A DNA stretch of 35,278 nt, from contig NW_024705547.1 of assembly GCF_018977255.1 (NCBI RefSeq), forward strand, positions 1-35,278, given 5' to 3'. A program made the translations under genes and the position numbers. Each line of letters starts with the position of its first letter. Position 1 is the stretch's first letter. A model generated the notes under the pieces. It had not been told where the DNA came from. It did not search any database and saw nothing but the letters and a program-made list of their open reading frames with translations. Shown here in pieces: positions 7,955-19,720 of the stretch. Source of the stretch: Callorhinchus milii (lineage: Eukaryota).

Positions 7955-9921
7955 TGCTTTGGCAACCTTCACTCGCCAGCGTGGGGAAGTATGGTCAAAC
8001 AACTACCGGTGACCGACAGAGCATGGAGAGGCCTTCATTCAACTGTTGATTAATACATGGCTGTAAAGTATTGTTTTAATGCGTACATTGTTAATAAGAA
8101 AATCGATTTTGCCTTTTTTGGAAGATGTCATAATAACACAACACCAGGTATTGTGTAAAGAGCCTCAATAATTTTCAGACAAACCCTGATACTGAATAAA
8201 CTTTATGAAATGTAGTCGGAGGACAGCTTCTTCAATATAACTTTAGAAACAAAACCCCGAGCTAGTTAAATGGCTCGTGACTCAACAAGCCTAGCACGTA
8301 TTCCGAGCGCTCAGGATCATTTATAGCGCACGGCAGAGAAAACGAGCTTCAAAATGGGCCCGTCGCCGTACAGCTGTCGGATCCTATCGAGACACCGCAA
8401 AATGTGAACACACCATCGTCTGGCTCGCAGCGTGGCCACAAGCGCCCACACTGTTCAGGCAGATGTGTCCGACGCGAGATGTGTCTGCGGTGTTAATACA
8501 ATGCTGGTCATTCGGGTAGAAAATAATCAGGGGGCATTCGTTTTTGTTGTTGCCTTTGCGCGACAATTATTGCCGGCTCTGCGTATTGCCGTGGCTTCTT
8601 TCCTGTACTGTGCCTACGCTGCATTCTCCCAATCCCATTATGACCTCCCAACGTGGGTCAGACATTTCATCCAGTGAGTGTACAATGGTGAATTATGTTT
8701 AATGAATCAAAAAAGCACAGCAGATATGAAATGTAATTTTCTCGAGTTCCATGAACAAGGGCAGACTCTTGCTTCGCGTTCCTTCCCATCCCCTTCGATT
8801 TTGTGGTTTTCCTTTTATTTCATCATACTCGCTATACCCCCCCACCCTTCTTGGAGTTGTCAAGTAGTGCTTTCATTTTCTGCCACTTGGCCTTTCCCCC
8901 AGCTCCCCTATAGAGCTTCCTTCAGCACCCCCTCCCCAACCTTGAAAAATAAGCTCAATCCAGAGATTTTTGCTTTCTCTGAATTGTTGAAATTCATCCA
9001 AATAAGACCATTATCTTCCTAAACCCACTCTGGCACTTCACGCTTAACAACACGTAGGCTTTCATTGCCATTATTGTGATCAATAATAGCAGTTTATTCA
9101 GCCATGATACGTGTGAGAACTATGCAAATGTGTGTTGTACAACCCTCGTCCACCTGACACAGCCCAAATTAAGTTGTCGCGTGAACAGATGTGCAACAGT
9201 GGTTTTTTGTTTCACCTGACACAATTTTTAACTTATTTCGGACCGTGGATTGGGTGGATGGGAGGGATTATACGGCAATGTCTCAAACATCTAGGGTTGC
9301 ATCACGATTGTGACCGATCTGACCCATTCACCATGACGGATCGTTGAATTATTCTCTCTTTACCTCCAGCTGACTTCCTGCATTTGACGCGACATCCATA
9401 TCTCGAAACTTTCTCGTCTTCAAATAGATTGTCCGTTCTCAGTCTGATAAAATGGAATTCAAAGTACGAGGCGATGCACGTGGAGCTAATGAAATTCCGC
9501 AGAATGGACGAACGTTCACTTCGATTTTGTTGGCACAGCTGCTAGTTCTTTGCCATGCAACTCGGTGCAATGTGTGTGGTTGTACTGAAGGTCATACATA
9601 TTTTGCAAGAGCCGGGCATTTTTTTTGGTGTGGTGAGCATGTGCAATAAGTTGCTGAGCTCAGCGAGTCGCGTTTCACTTTTGCGTGGATTCTGTAAACA
9701 AAAGCTCAGGACCACTTCCCCCCTATTAATACTGTACGTTAAGTAGCCTAAACTGACATTATATATGCAGGCATAAACTTATTTAAAAAGCTCGCACATG
9801 TATATCAATAATGCATATTTTATATACAGTGCTGTAATAATGTACGTCATATACAAAATTGCAAAACATCGGTCAATAATACTGCCTATGAAGAAAAATA
9901 CATATAATAGGTGAAGTTTCA

Positions 9922-10025
9922 AGCAATGGGCGTTTTTCATACCACATGCAGGGCTCTTGTCTGAAACGTCAGCTTTACTTTTTTACATTTAAGGCAGCAA
10001 TGTAATTGACGAATGTGTTGAATTG
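9922..10025 (+). mobile_element. Decayed PLE-like terminal repeat, family C
   Basis: gggctcttgtctGAAACGTC...tttaaggcagc...ttgacgaatgtgttga is shared with 19595-19720, 26830-26912 and 34072-34135(-). Confidence 0.55.
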
Positions 10026-10031
10026 CATTTG

Positions 10032-10457
10032 TTAGTACTGGTAGGAACCTCCTGGTTACACCAGCCCACAGGGGATTATTGTGTCCGTCCGTCGTGCAGG
10101 GAGGGGCTGGGTGGGGAGGGAGGGTGGGGAGGGGGTGGGGAGAGTGGGGCTGGGTGGGGAGGGGGGGAGGGGCTGGGGGAGTGTGGGGGGGGGGTGGGAG
10201 GGTGGGGCTGTGGTGGAGGGGGGGGGGGGTGAGGGGGGGGGCTGGTGGGGGTAGGAGTGTGGGGCTGGGTGGGGAGGGGCTGGTCACCCAGTGGTGCCCT
10301 TATAAACTCAACGTTTAAACCTACTCACGCCGGCTTGTGCCCGCCCTCACAGTCGGGCATATTTGCGGAATACACCACGCCCGCCGTTGACCCTGCAGGC
10401 CATTGACCGAGCAAGCCCGACGTTCCTACCAGCTCCCTCCGCAGGAGGAATGTGTTT
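10032..10457 (+). mobile_element. Helentron-associated (HINE/DINE-1-like) non-autonomous element with G-rich cargo, copy 1
   Basis: subTIR ctggtaggaac 10038-10048 / gttcctaccag 10422-10432; 5' fold-back; (gtcc)n; 3' hairpin cctcc-gca-ggagg 10436-10448. Near-identical copy at 15853-16244. Confidence 0.75.
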
Positions 10458-10921
10458 GTACTTGCCACACCACTGGCAATGTGGTGTCATCAAATAATGA
10501 GCATACACCAGACAGTGAGTGATGCCTTGGGTCTTTTCTGAGTTTTTGCCCCCCTTCCTTTTAATCCCATTGTGCTCGCAGCGTAATGTTGTGAGATAAA
10601 GATCCAGTCAAAGATCTCACGGCCATCATCCCCTGAATGTCCAGAGAAGGGCTGTAAGAGACATTTTGCACAGAACTGAAAAATTATGTACGTGGCTTTT
10701 AATCACTTCACACATTAGGGGGAAACACTTTCCCGTGCACACTGCTAAGAGTGTGTCGCATGACGATTATATTTAAATTGAGATATTTAAATGATCAGTC
10801 CGAGAATATTACCAAATCAGTGCAAAACCAAATTGTGCACTCTTTGGTAACTACGTGGTACCGTCACCTCGGAACTACCGAGCAATCTCTAGAGATAATC
10901 CTTAAATACAGCAGCGCCTTT

Positions 10922-11306
10922 GGGGCCGTCCATAAATGACGTCACGCGATTTTGGACGATTTTTGACCCCCCTCCCCCTCGTCACACCGGCGTCACAAAA
11001 AGTAAGACCCCCCCTCAAATATGACGTCACAAAGCTCTGCCCCCCCCCAAATAAACATGCTTCAAATCGCTTTAAACTATTGTCATTGTAGTGCGTATTT
11101 AATGTGGCGCTGCACTCTGATGTTGTAGGAGAAAACATTTATTAAAAAGTCTATTTAAGTAAGTAGAACGTGTTGTCTATATTTATTTAAAGTTGCGGCA
11201 TTTGATGTGACGTCAATTTCTCAAACCCCCCCCCCCCTCGTCACACATCGTCACAAATGTCTGACCCCCCCCCCCCAGGTGCGTGACGTCATTTATGGAC
11301 GGCCCC
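10922..11306. mobile_element. MITE with perfect 26-bp TIRs (PIF/Harbinger-like assignment tentative)
   Basis: ggggccgtccataaatgacgtcacgc 10922-10947 / gcgtgacgtcatttatggacggcccc 11281-11306, with ttt on both flanks and repeated internal (ac)gtcac motifs. Confidence 0.9.
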
Positions 11307-11656
11307 TTTTGTAGAATACAGAGTACGGTACTGCATTTAAATGAGCATTTCCACACACGTTGCTTACTGACCATACACTTTAAAGCACAACAAATATACT
11401 GTAATGTTAAGATGACGCAGCTTTTCTGCACTAACGTTGCTTACAGTAAGTGATGTTTATAGCCTTCTTGGAAAGTGGAACGTGACCCGCACCACAGGGG
11501 AAATGAAGTTAGGCTTGGATCTGAAACTCAAGTATGTTCAAAATCATGATGACGCTATTTCTCGTTACACGTGCCACAGAGCCGTGACTGGCTGCGCGAG
11601 GTCCTATGTGATCGACAGGGTTGTCGTGGTGACGCCGTGGCAAAGAAAGAACAAGT

Positions 11657-12262
11657 ATAACCCGTAAAAACAAAGTTTTTCACTATAAATCCTTTATATG
11701 CGTGGCGGCTAGAGTCCTCTCGTCCTCTGGCTTGAGATGGCTGCCACCTATGGGTCAGATGATTGCTGCCCATTAAGCAATTGGTAATTAAATATTATTT
11801 TTTTCCTAAAAGTGTAAAATTTGGAAAATTTCACGAACATTAATTGTCACGCACAACGAGTCTGTGTGAAAATGTCAGCTCGATTGGATCACGGAAGTGG
11901 GTTAAAAACGACCGAAAGATTTGCACGGTCGTAAGCAAGCAAGTGAACTTAATATAAAGGATTTAAAAATAACGTAAAAACAAGTTTTTCACTATAAATC
12001 CTTATATGCGTGGGGCTGGTTTCGTTTGGTTGAGATGGCTGCCTTGGGTCAGATGATTGTTGCAGTTTACAATGGTATTAAATATTTAATTTGTTTTCCT
12101 AAAGTGTAAATTTTTTTCACGAACATTAATTGTCTCGCACAACGAGTCTGTGTGCAAAATGTCAGCTCGATTGGATCACGGGAAGGGGTTAAAAAACGAC
12201 CGAAAGATTTGCACGGTCGTAAAGCAAGCAAGCAAGCGAACTTAATATAAAGGATTTAAAAA
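11657..12262. mobile_element. Head-to-tail dimer (~300-bp units 11657-11968 and 11969-12262) of a Helentron/DINE-1-like element
   Basis: Each unit has hairpin aaaaac-aa(a)-gttttt, subTIR taaatcctttatat (11686-11699) / atataaaggattta (11952-11965) and a (gcaa)n microsatellite next to the distal subTIR. Confidence 0.75.
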
Positions 12263-13519
12263 TGGTGCCCATTTTTGACGTGCACACGTGGAAGTGTGGC
12301 AATGTTTAATAAAAAACTATTCGTCGACATTTTTGAAGGAAATGGAAACACTTCCATCAGCTTTTTTGCACATCATTTATTTTTTGTAATTATTGGTTCA
12401 AACTATTAGAATGTATTTATAAACAATATTTTTAGCTTAACGGTTCGTAGACGTAAGTTACATTTCCTTGCCGATTTCCCGATTCATGAGATGTTTGGTC
12501 ATGACTTCTGGGATAGTCTTATGCCATCTAAGGTAAAAATGTATGAATAATTACAAGTAATAATCCACACTGTAAATTAGAAACAATACATTTGCGGTGT
12601 TTAACTTTTGAATAATGAAATGGTTAAGTACATGAAAGGTGATCTATTAACTTGAGTTTAATGGCTTAAAAGAGACTGTACTCACTTAACCATTTGTAAA
12701 TGTATATTGGACTTATTTTGCACTGTACGTAGCTAAGCGGAGGCACGGGGGAAGGACAACAAGCTAGTAGAGTAGTAATACATTTAAGTGTCTATATGAA
12801 AACCACATACAGTGTCATACTTACCTTACAAATCTGGGTTCGGTTAAGGAGTTTAAATCTTGGCTAGGTGAATAAGGCTGGCAGCATGCAGCACTTGGCA
12901 TGGCATTCTCACACCATCCTAGCTACGAATAATTGCGAAGCAGGTCAAGCCCAGCCTTCATCGTTTGAAGAATTGCCACCGTTTACGGGAAAAGCACAAG
13001 GCCAATACCAATGGTCCGACTTGTAGAAGCTATAAATACCAAAGCCAGGACGCTATGTCACAAGGATTCAAATGTGAGATGATACAACATTGAATTAAGG
13101 TCTGACGCACACTTACGACTAACATAAGTCACCGGTGAGCCAGGATATTTAAACACATGGATGACATGATCAGTTCACCAGATCTTCAGTTCAACAGACC
13201 ACTGTCACAACACCATTATTACGACTTTTAGCAACACGTTTTTAATGTTGATTACAAGAGACAACTCGTGGAAATACAGATAGGCACCACATTTCTCAGC
13301 TCCGTATATCTCGTGGTTGGTTGCTGCCTCTAACTACACATTATCATTGATTCAGCAGGCTAAAGCCACACTGATGAGATTAATTGCATCATGACCAGAT
13401 TAGGATTGCCTTGTCTAAAGAAATTGTATTGCGATACGTTGGTCTGTATTGAGGGTCCTATGGGTGATAACCTTGCAATATTTCACTGAATAAACCCTCT
13501 TTCAGCAACGATATCATCA

Positions 13520-13585
13520 GCCATGATCTGACCATTCCTGGATGCAGGCCTCTCCAAGCCGTCACCATCTCTTCACAGTTTTACG
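13520..13585 (-). mobile_element. RTE LINE 3' end fragment
   Basis: The reverse complement translates KRW*RLGEACIQEW. Confidence 0.65.
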
Positions 13586-14859
13586 ACGCAATAATCCATT
13601 AAACACCCTCCTTTACCCGTTTTTATTATTATTACAAACAGAAAAAGCAATCGGCCCAACATCATTAATGAACTGCCCTGTTTTACGTCAAAAAACCAAC
13701 ACCCACACCCACTCTTCACGCATGAAGATGTAAATTCAAGTTCAATCACTGGCCCTCCTCTCAGCCTGAATTCTGGACGGCTAAAAGTGCACGAATTACA
13801 CAGCGCTCCGCTCGCTCGCTCACCTTACCCGCATCACTCCGTATTCCGAGCACGCCGCCGCTGCTTCTAACGGGACTCGGCCCGCTTCCGTTCTGTTGAT
13901 TTGCGTCCAGCTCAGTGGGGTGCTGCCCTGTCCTCTGCGAATAGGGAGCTTATTGTGTGCGGCCAAACAAGAGGGCACAGTGCCCACCGACCATGGCGCG
14001 ACTGCTGCTGTGCCAGCGTGCCAGGGGCAGAGAGTCCTCATCCGCCAGCCAGAGCTGAAGCAAAGGCATTTCTAGATGAATGAGCCAAAGGCTCATAGCA
14101 GGTGTGACTTAACTGAATGCAACTGTCATATTTACTTTGGCCTCCCCCCCCTCCCCCGTTATAAAGCACAAGGAGCTTTAACGTGGATTGGTGATACTGA
14201 GATACTGAGATGGTGATACAGTGGGAGGACAAACTGATATTTACTCTGATCGATTTTTGTTTTCAACGTGTGAAGTTTCTCTCCAGTGATATAAATGCCG
14301 AGGGCCTTATTCAAGGATTGGCAGAAATTGGAGTCCCTGACAATATACATGTATGGTGATAAAAATAGATAAATCAATAGAATTTTCTTCCTAAGTGGCC
14401 GTTTAAAATAACCAAATATGGAAGAATTTATTTTTGCAAACACATCAATCAGCCTGCAAGTCTTGTGCCATGGTAGTGGAGTGAATATTCCTTTGCAATG
14501 ACGTCCGCCATCCTCCACACTTCTAGACTAATTTCAACGACTGTACTACACGTTCATGCAAACTTTCATTCCATACACTTTCAAGTACGAATTTAAAACA
14601 GCGGACAATTTTACGCCTAAAGTACAAACTGTAATAACAAGTCAAATGTTATTTCTTTTCTGCATGAATTATCGCAATGAGATTTTTTTAAGCCAACAAC
14701 CACATATAAACTGTAAATACAATACCTGTACCATCTTTTAGTCTTCAGCATATTGCATTTCTGTGATTACATGAATCATTTGAGATGCAAAAATAATTTC
14801 GTCAAAATATCCGCCGTCAAATCACAAACGGTATAAATTGATTTGTCGAACGGCGGGCG

Positions 14860-15300
14860 TTATCTGCCGACATGCATGGGACACTTGTGACTTACAAGAC
14901 AACCAACCATTGTTCGAGCGCCTGGCTGTCGCGTGCCAAATAGCGCGCGACAGCAAGCAGTTGTCCCATCCCGGCAGAAAGGCGCGTTGATGCGAGAGGA
15001 TCGCGTGGAACAGCTGGTTTTCTGTGGCAACGTGAGCAGAGCGTGAGAGATAGCGCAGATTGCACGCTCGCTCCCCGACACGCATCCACGTCGCCTGCTA
15101 AGTAGCGGAGCAAGGGGCTCGTCGGCTTGAGATAGTTGATGAGTTAAAGATGACGTCACCCTGCTGCTGCTGCTCTATATAAGACGGGAGCCAGAGCAGA
15201 GCCTCACCATTCTGGCGAATTGCCCGATGATGCTGGATGCAATTACCAGCGAAACGTCGTACTCAAAATGTAAATGTTGTGGTTTCACGCTTCAACACAC
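14860..15300 (+). mobile_element. Decayed PLE 3' end, family B (possible GIY-YIG remnant plus pLTR)
   Basis: ctatataag (15175-15183), cattct, then a hammerhead-like motif. Upstream fragments ICRHAWDT / SWFS / RSLPDT weakly recall the PLE endonuclease C-terminus. Confidence 0.45.
15220..15262 (+). ncRNA. Hammerhead-like motif, probably inactivated (CCGATGA for CTGATGA)
   Basis: ccgatga t gctgg atgcaatta ccagc GAAA cgtc: perfect 5-bp stem II but weak stem I. Confidence 0.6.
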
Positions 15301-15852
15301 TGGTGGGCTAAAGCAGTGAACTATTTGTCTTTTGTCAACGTGACACTTTTTTACTGATTGGCCGTGTCGGGTGGTGGAGGGTTACGACACATTTATAAAT
15401 AACGCGATCTAAACCCAAAAACGTTGATTATGAATAATATGGTCGCGAAAGCCTACGTGTTAAATGGAGATAGGGAACGATGCGAGGACGCTGCGACCTT
15501 TTCCAAGACAGAGGTGATAATGTCGTCCCACGTATGATTCACGGCCCCCAAGAGATCCGATGAATTGTCACAATGCACAGTCCTGATTCAAGTTAGGAGT
15601 AGTGGTTGTCTCCTATCTACCATCACATTTGTCGTGTTATTTGTTGGTTCTAGCTCAGGATATCATTTGGCGCACAATTTATATTGCCAATAATCTAATT
15701 GTAAAAATGGCTGTTCATGTATGCGTCAATAGTGGAAGAATTAATTTCAACCAACAGGCACACGCATCGTTACGTGTTAAAATATGTGCAGCTATGAAAA
15801 ATAAGTCACATGTGAACGTATCTCCCAATTAAAATTAGCAGAGGAGCAGCGC

Positions 15853-16244
15853 TTATACTGGTAGGAACCACCTGGTTCCACCAGTCCCACAGGGGATTAT
15901 CGTGTCCGTCCGTCCGTCGTGCATCCAAAAATGGGAGGGGTGGGGCTGGGTGGAGAGGGGAGGGTGGGGAGGGGCTGGGTGGGGAGGGCTGGGTGGGGAG
16001 GGTGGGGAGGGGCTGGGTGGGGAGGGTGGGGCTGGTGGGGGTGGGGGGAGGGGTGGGGCCTGGGTGGGGAGGGGCTGGTCACCCCGTGGTGCCCTTATAA
16101 AACTCAACGTTTAACCTACTCACGCCGGCTTGTGCCCGCCCTCACAGTCGGGCATATTTGCGGAATACACCACGCCGCCGTTGACCCTGGCCATTGACCG
16201 AGCAACCCAACGTTCTACCAGCTCCCTCCGCAGGAATGTGTTTT
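15853..16244 (+). mobile_element. HINE/DINE-1-like element with G-rich cargo, copy 2
   Basis: Starts ttatactggtaggaaccacctggttccaccag (fold-back), then (gtcc)n, a GGG-run array, 3' subTIR gttctaccag, and ends tgtgtttt. Confidence 0.75.
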
Positions 16245-16304
16245 CTGCTCTTGGCCATGAGCCAGTGCGCCAAATTTGACATTTTTATGGCGAGGACAAC
16301 CACA

Positions 16305-16416
16305 GTCGACTTCCAGAAGAGGGGGATTGTGGATGACTGAGTCGATCCCGCGTCAGGATTTGAACCCCAACATTTTCTGAGTTGTGAGACAAACGCACTG
16401 GCTACACCGTGACCCC
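16305..16416 (-). mobile_element. Degenerate tRNA-derived SINE (atcgactcag family)
   Basis: The reverse complement has B box ggttcaaatcc followed by gatcgactcagtcatcc...cccctcttctggaa, similar to 300-337. Confidence 0.55.
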
Positions 16417-19400
16417 AATGAGACAATGGCCATTACAGTATACATACGTGATTGCTGGTTCTGTTTATAATGCTCAGATTCTATTTTTTTCACTCTTGAT
16501 ATTTGGAATGTTGCATATTAACGTTAAACTAAAGGTTACACTTATAGACCTTACATAGTTTGGATGTTTCACAAATGATGTCTGTGTTGTGAATTGTGTA
16601 TCATTACGATGATGGTGATGATATATAATTCTCAAAGCACCACTGTGCTTTTTAATGGGTGGTACATCCTTAACGCATCAAAGCTATTCTGTGCACGCCA
16701 ACACTTTAATAGATATCTGCTGACTCCCAACATCCACCGGAGCTACCCACGTCTCAAAAAGGCCACAGTCCCACCAAGACATATATCCGTGTAAATTATC
16801 CATTCACTCGTTTTAGCTGCATTCACTGAGAGGGCTTTTCAGCTGAGCAGAAAATTGCCCCAGTTCACTGTGCAGCTATTACCACAATTAATGTCTTTTC
16901 AGAGTGAAGTGCAAAACCAAAATTAGTTTACAGTCATCCATCTTGGTATTTATGCAGTCACCACAAAAAAGTGACCCTTTAACTCCAAGCGGTCACTCAG
17001 AGCCGAAGCTCAGTCTGATGTGGGTCTTCGCCACCCTCCCTTGAGCCACTCAGTCACCTCCTTATTTTGAACCCTATTGGAATTCTTCAAGTTGCCTGTA
17101 CAACTGGGAGTGCTGGCAATAACTTTGTCTTCTCCCCCGTGACACGCGGGCAGCAGAAATGTCATAAAGCTCTGCACTCACACCGCAGCCCATAATAGGC
17201 GTCGCTGCAAGCACAAGCCCGACCACAGTCATGCGTGACTAAAAAAACACAAACCGAGTTTTTAATCTGTCCCTGAAAAATAAATCCACTGGACGGTTTT
17301 TGTTGTCAGGGGCCTCTGTCAAGATAAGTGTCAACCACGAGGGCAAGATGGCAGTTCCTATCCCAAGAATGACAAACACACTCAAGTGCATTTATACAGA
17401 GTTAATATGCACTTAAATACCAGCTTGTCAAGATTAGCATAGCTTCAGTAATGGTTTTGTTGCGATAATTGCAGAAAAAACACCACTTTGCTGAGATTTC
17501 ACGTTTCCTTATTAAGAATTGTTATAAGCTTTGTTGAATGCTCTTTCAGTCGTCGCAGTGCTACCTCCATTAGCATTGTTTTTAGCAATGTGAAACTCAG
17601 CTTCTTTTAAATGATTATTATGCACATCCAGAAATAAGCTCAGAGAATGACCTCTTCTAAGTATCACTTTTGCACCATATAATTCAGCAATATGTGAATA
17701 ATACCCTGGATATTTTTCAAATTTAGTCCAGTTGCATTGAAATGGTCAAAGTAAAATATATATATAAATTATTTTCAACATGTATCTATTGTAATTCATC
17801 GTAGTTTATTTATAATGTGTTCATCACTCTTTTTTCAGCTAATTTAAACTTAGAAATTCATATTCATGACAGCAAATTGCAAGGGTCCCAGGACACATAG
17901 GGGGCTTTGTATAGCTGTACAGGCCAGTTCATGCAAAATCACAGATTATACTTAGCCAACACCCCCGAACCAACCTATCAAGCCACACTCACCCCACCCT
18001 AAGAGGCAGCCAAATCAGCTTAAGCGGGCACACAGCCCACAGGGCATTACATATAAAGATGTGGACTGCAACAGCCTATGCACACCGCCAGTGACTTCGC
18101 TAAAGGTCACAGGTCGCTGCACTTTGTGCAACCCAAGCCCAGGCAGGGCACATGCTAATTGCTGTATTGGATGGGTCTTTTCTTCACTCCCATCCCAGGG
18201 GACCAAAATTGCCGACATAGGGCGCGTTCTTTAAAAGACTGCTGCATGTGTCTTGAAGAGAGAGAGAGAGGGAGACTCTGTACAGTTGAATTGAGAGAAA
18301 GGATGTGCTCGTCCACAATTGTTTCATGCACAGAGGATAAAGTACATCAACGGATAATCTAAAGTCTGAGCCCTCGGCAGACCGAAACGTGTCAAGAGGA
18401 TGATACCGCACACAGCCACGTGGCTGGACACACTCGCACCACTCACCTCTGTTCACGACGCGTGCGTCCACTCGCTGAGAGCGGACGTCAGCGGTGCTTG
18501 TGGCTTCATGCTCAGGGTATTGAGGGTTGACGCCAATGCACGGGCTGGTGGCGGAGGAGGGGGGGGGGAAATGGGAGGGGTTGGGATGAGGGTGAGGATA
18601 AGCTGGGGGAGTGGTGGATGTCGACTTATCATCGGGAGGGTGGGGTCCTTGCGACACTACTCAGGGCTTGTGCTCATCAAGGGGATATCATCTTGGCAGG
18701 CCCCTTGGGGGGAGGGGGGGTCTCAAAAACATGAGGACGCCAAAGCCCTGGCCAGCCAAGCCTGGGCTGCAAAGCACTTCACCAGAAGGTGGATCCTGGC
18801 ACGAATTCCATGCCGTCTTTAAACATTAGGGTTCAACACCAAAAAAAACATAACACGAAACGGACGGTCCAGCACTACATCAGCAGCTCGGCTAACGGGC
18901 CCTTCTCCTTATATGAGCATGCTTACTTAAAGGGTTAGACACCACTGTTTCAACAAAGGCGCAGCAAGTCATGGGATATCTACCTTGACCGGCAATCCAC
19001 ATTGAGCCTGTTTACATTTTACGAGGGCGCGTTTGATCATTTCGTTGAGTATTGTGGCAACGCAGCTTGAATGCTAAGTTATTTACTGTTTAATTGCTTA
19101 ACTGCAATATTTAATATAGTCTGATAGTCCCCCCCCCCCACTATTGCTTAATTAATATTAATTGACAATGATTATAATATCAATGCATCTGATGATAGCA
19201 CTACACTAGAAAACTATACAACGAAAGCAACATTTGAACAGTTGGAATGCTGAATGATACCATTTGCATGGTAGACCAAAACATTATTTGGAAACAATTG
19301 TGCTCCAAAGATGTATATATAACGTATATATAATGTATGTATATATATACACACACACTGTATGGTAAATTAAAAATGTGATTATCTGTCTACTTAAGAA

Positions 19401-19594
19401 CAAGCATGGGTGGTGCGTGTCCTTTGATGGCAACACTGAGCCAGTGGTGACAATCTCCATTGACAGCATCGGATATTTGCCAATTGTTTGGGGGGGAAAC
19501 TGCACTGGGAGTGGTGCACAAGCCCAAATCACACCAAAACACTCACATTTTTGTCAGTAACTGTCTTTAAAATAATATAATCAGCGATGTCACG

Positions 19595-19720
19595 GGCAAT
19601 GGCGCTTTTTTATATAATGTCCACGTGATGTGTTATGAAGAGGAGCCATTGCCTGAAACGTCTCTTATTATATATGTTCTCCCTTTAAGGCAGCGTTATT
19701 GACGAACATGTTGAGTTTTG
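19595..19720 (+). mobile_element. Decayed PLE-like terminal repeat, family C, with a degenerate hammerhead
   Basis: tatataa...aTGAAGA ggagc catt gcct GAAACGTC...tttaaggcagcgttattgacgaacatgttgag. Confidence 0.6.

Larger units (their letters stand above)
7575..8066 (+). mobile_element. tRNA-head/RTE-tail SINE interrupted by PLE copy 4
   Basis: gagcggcg...gaaccagtcc lies before the insertion and ccagcgtggggaagtatggtcaaac...gaggccttcattcaactgttg after it. Confidence 0.6.

Noticed and set aside
9937..10318. Pro-rich/Gly-rich ORFs (also 15853-16197)
   Set aside because: Translations of the G-run array inside a repeated non-coding element.
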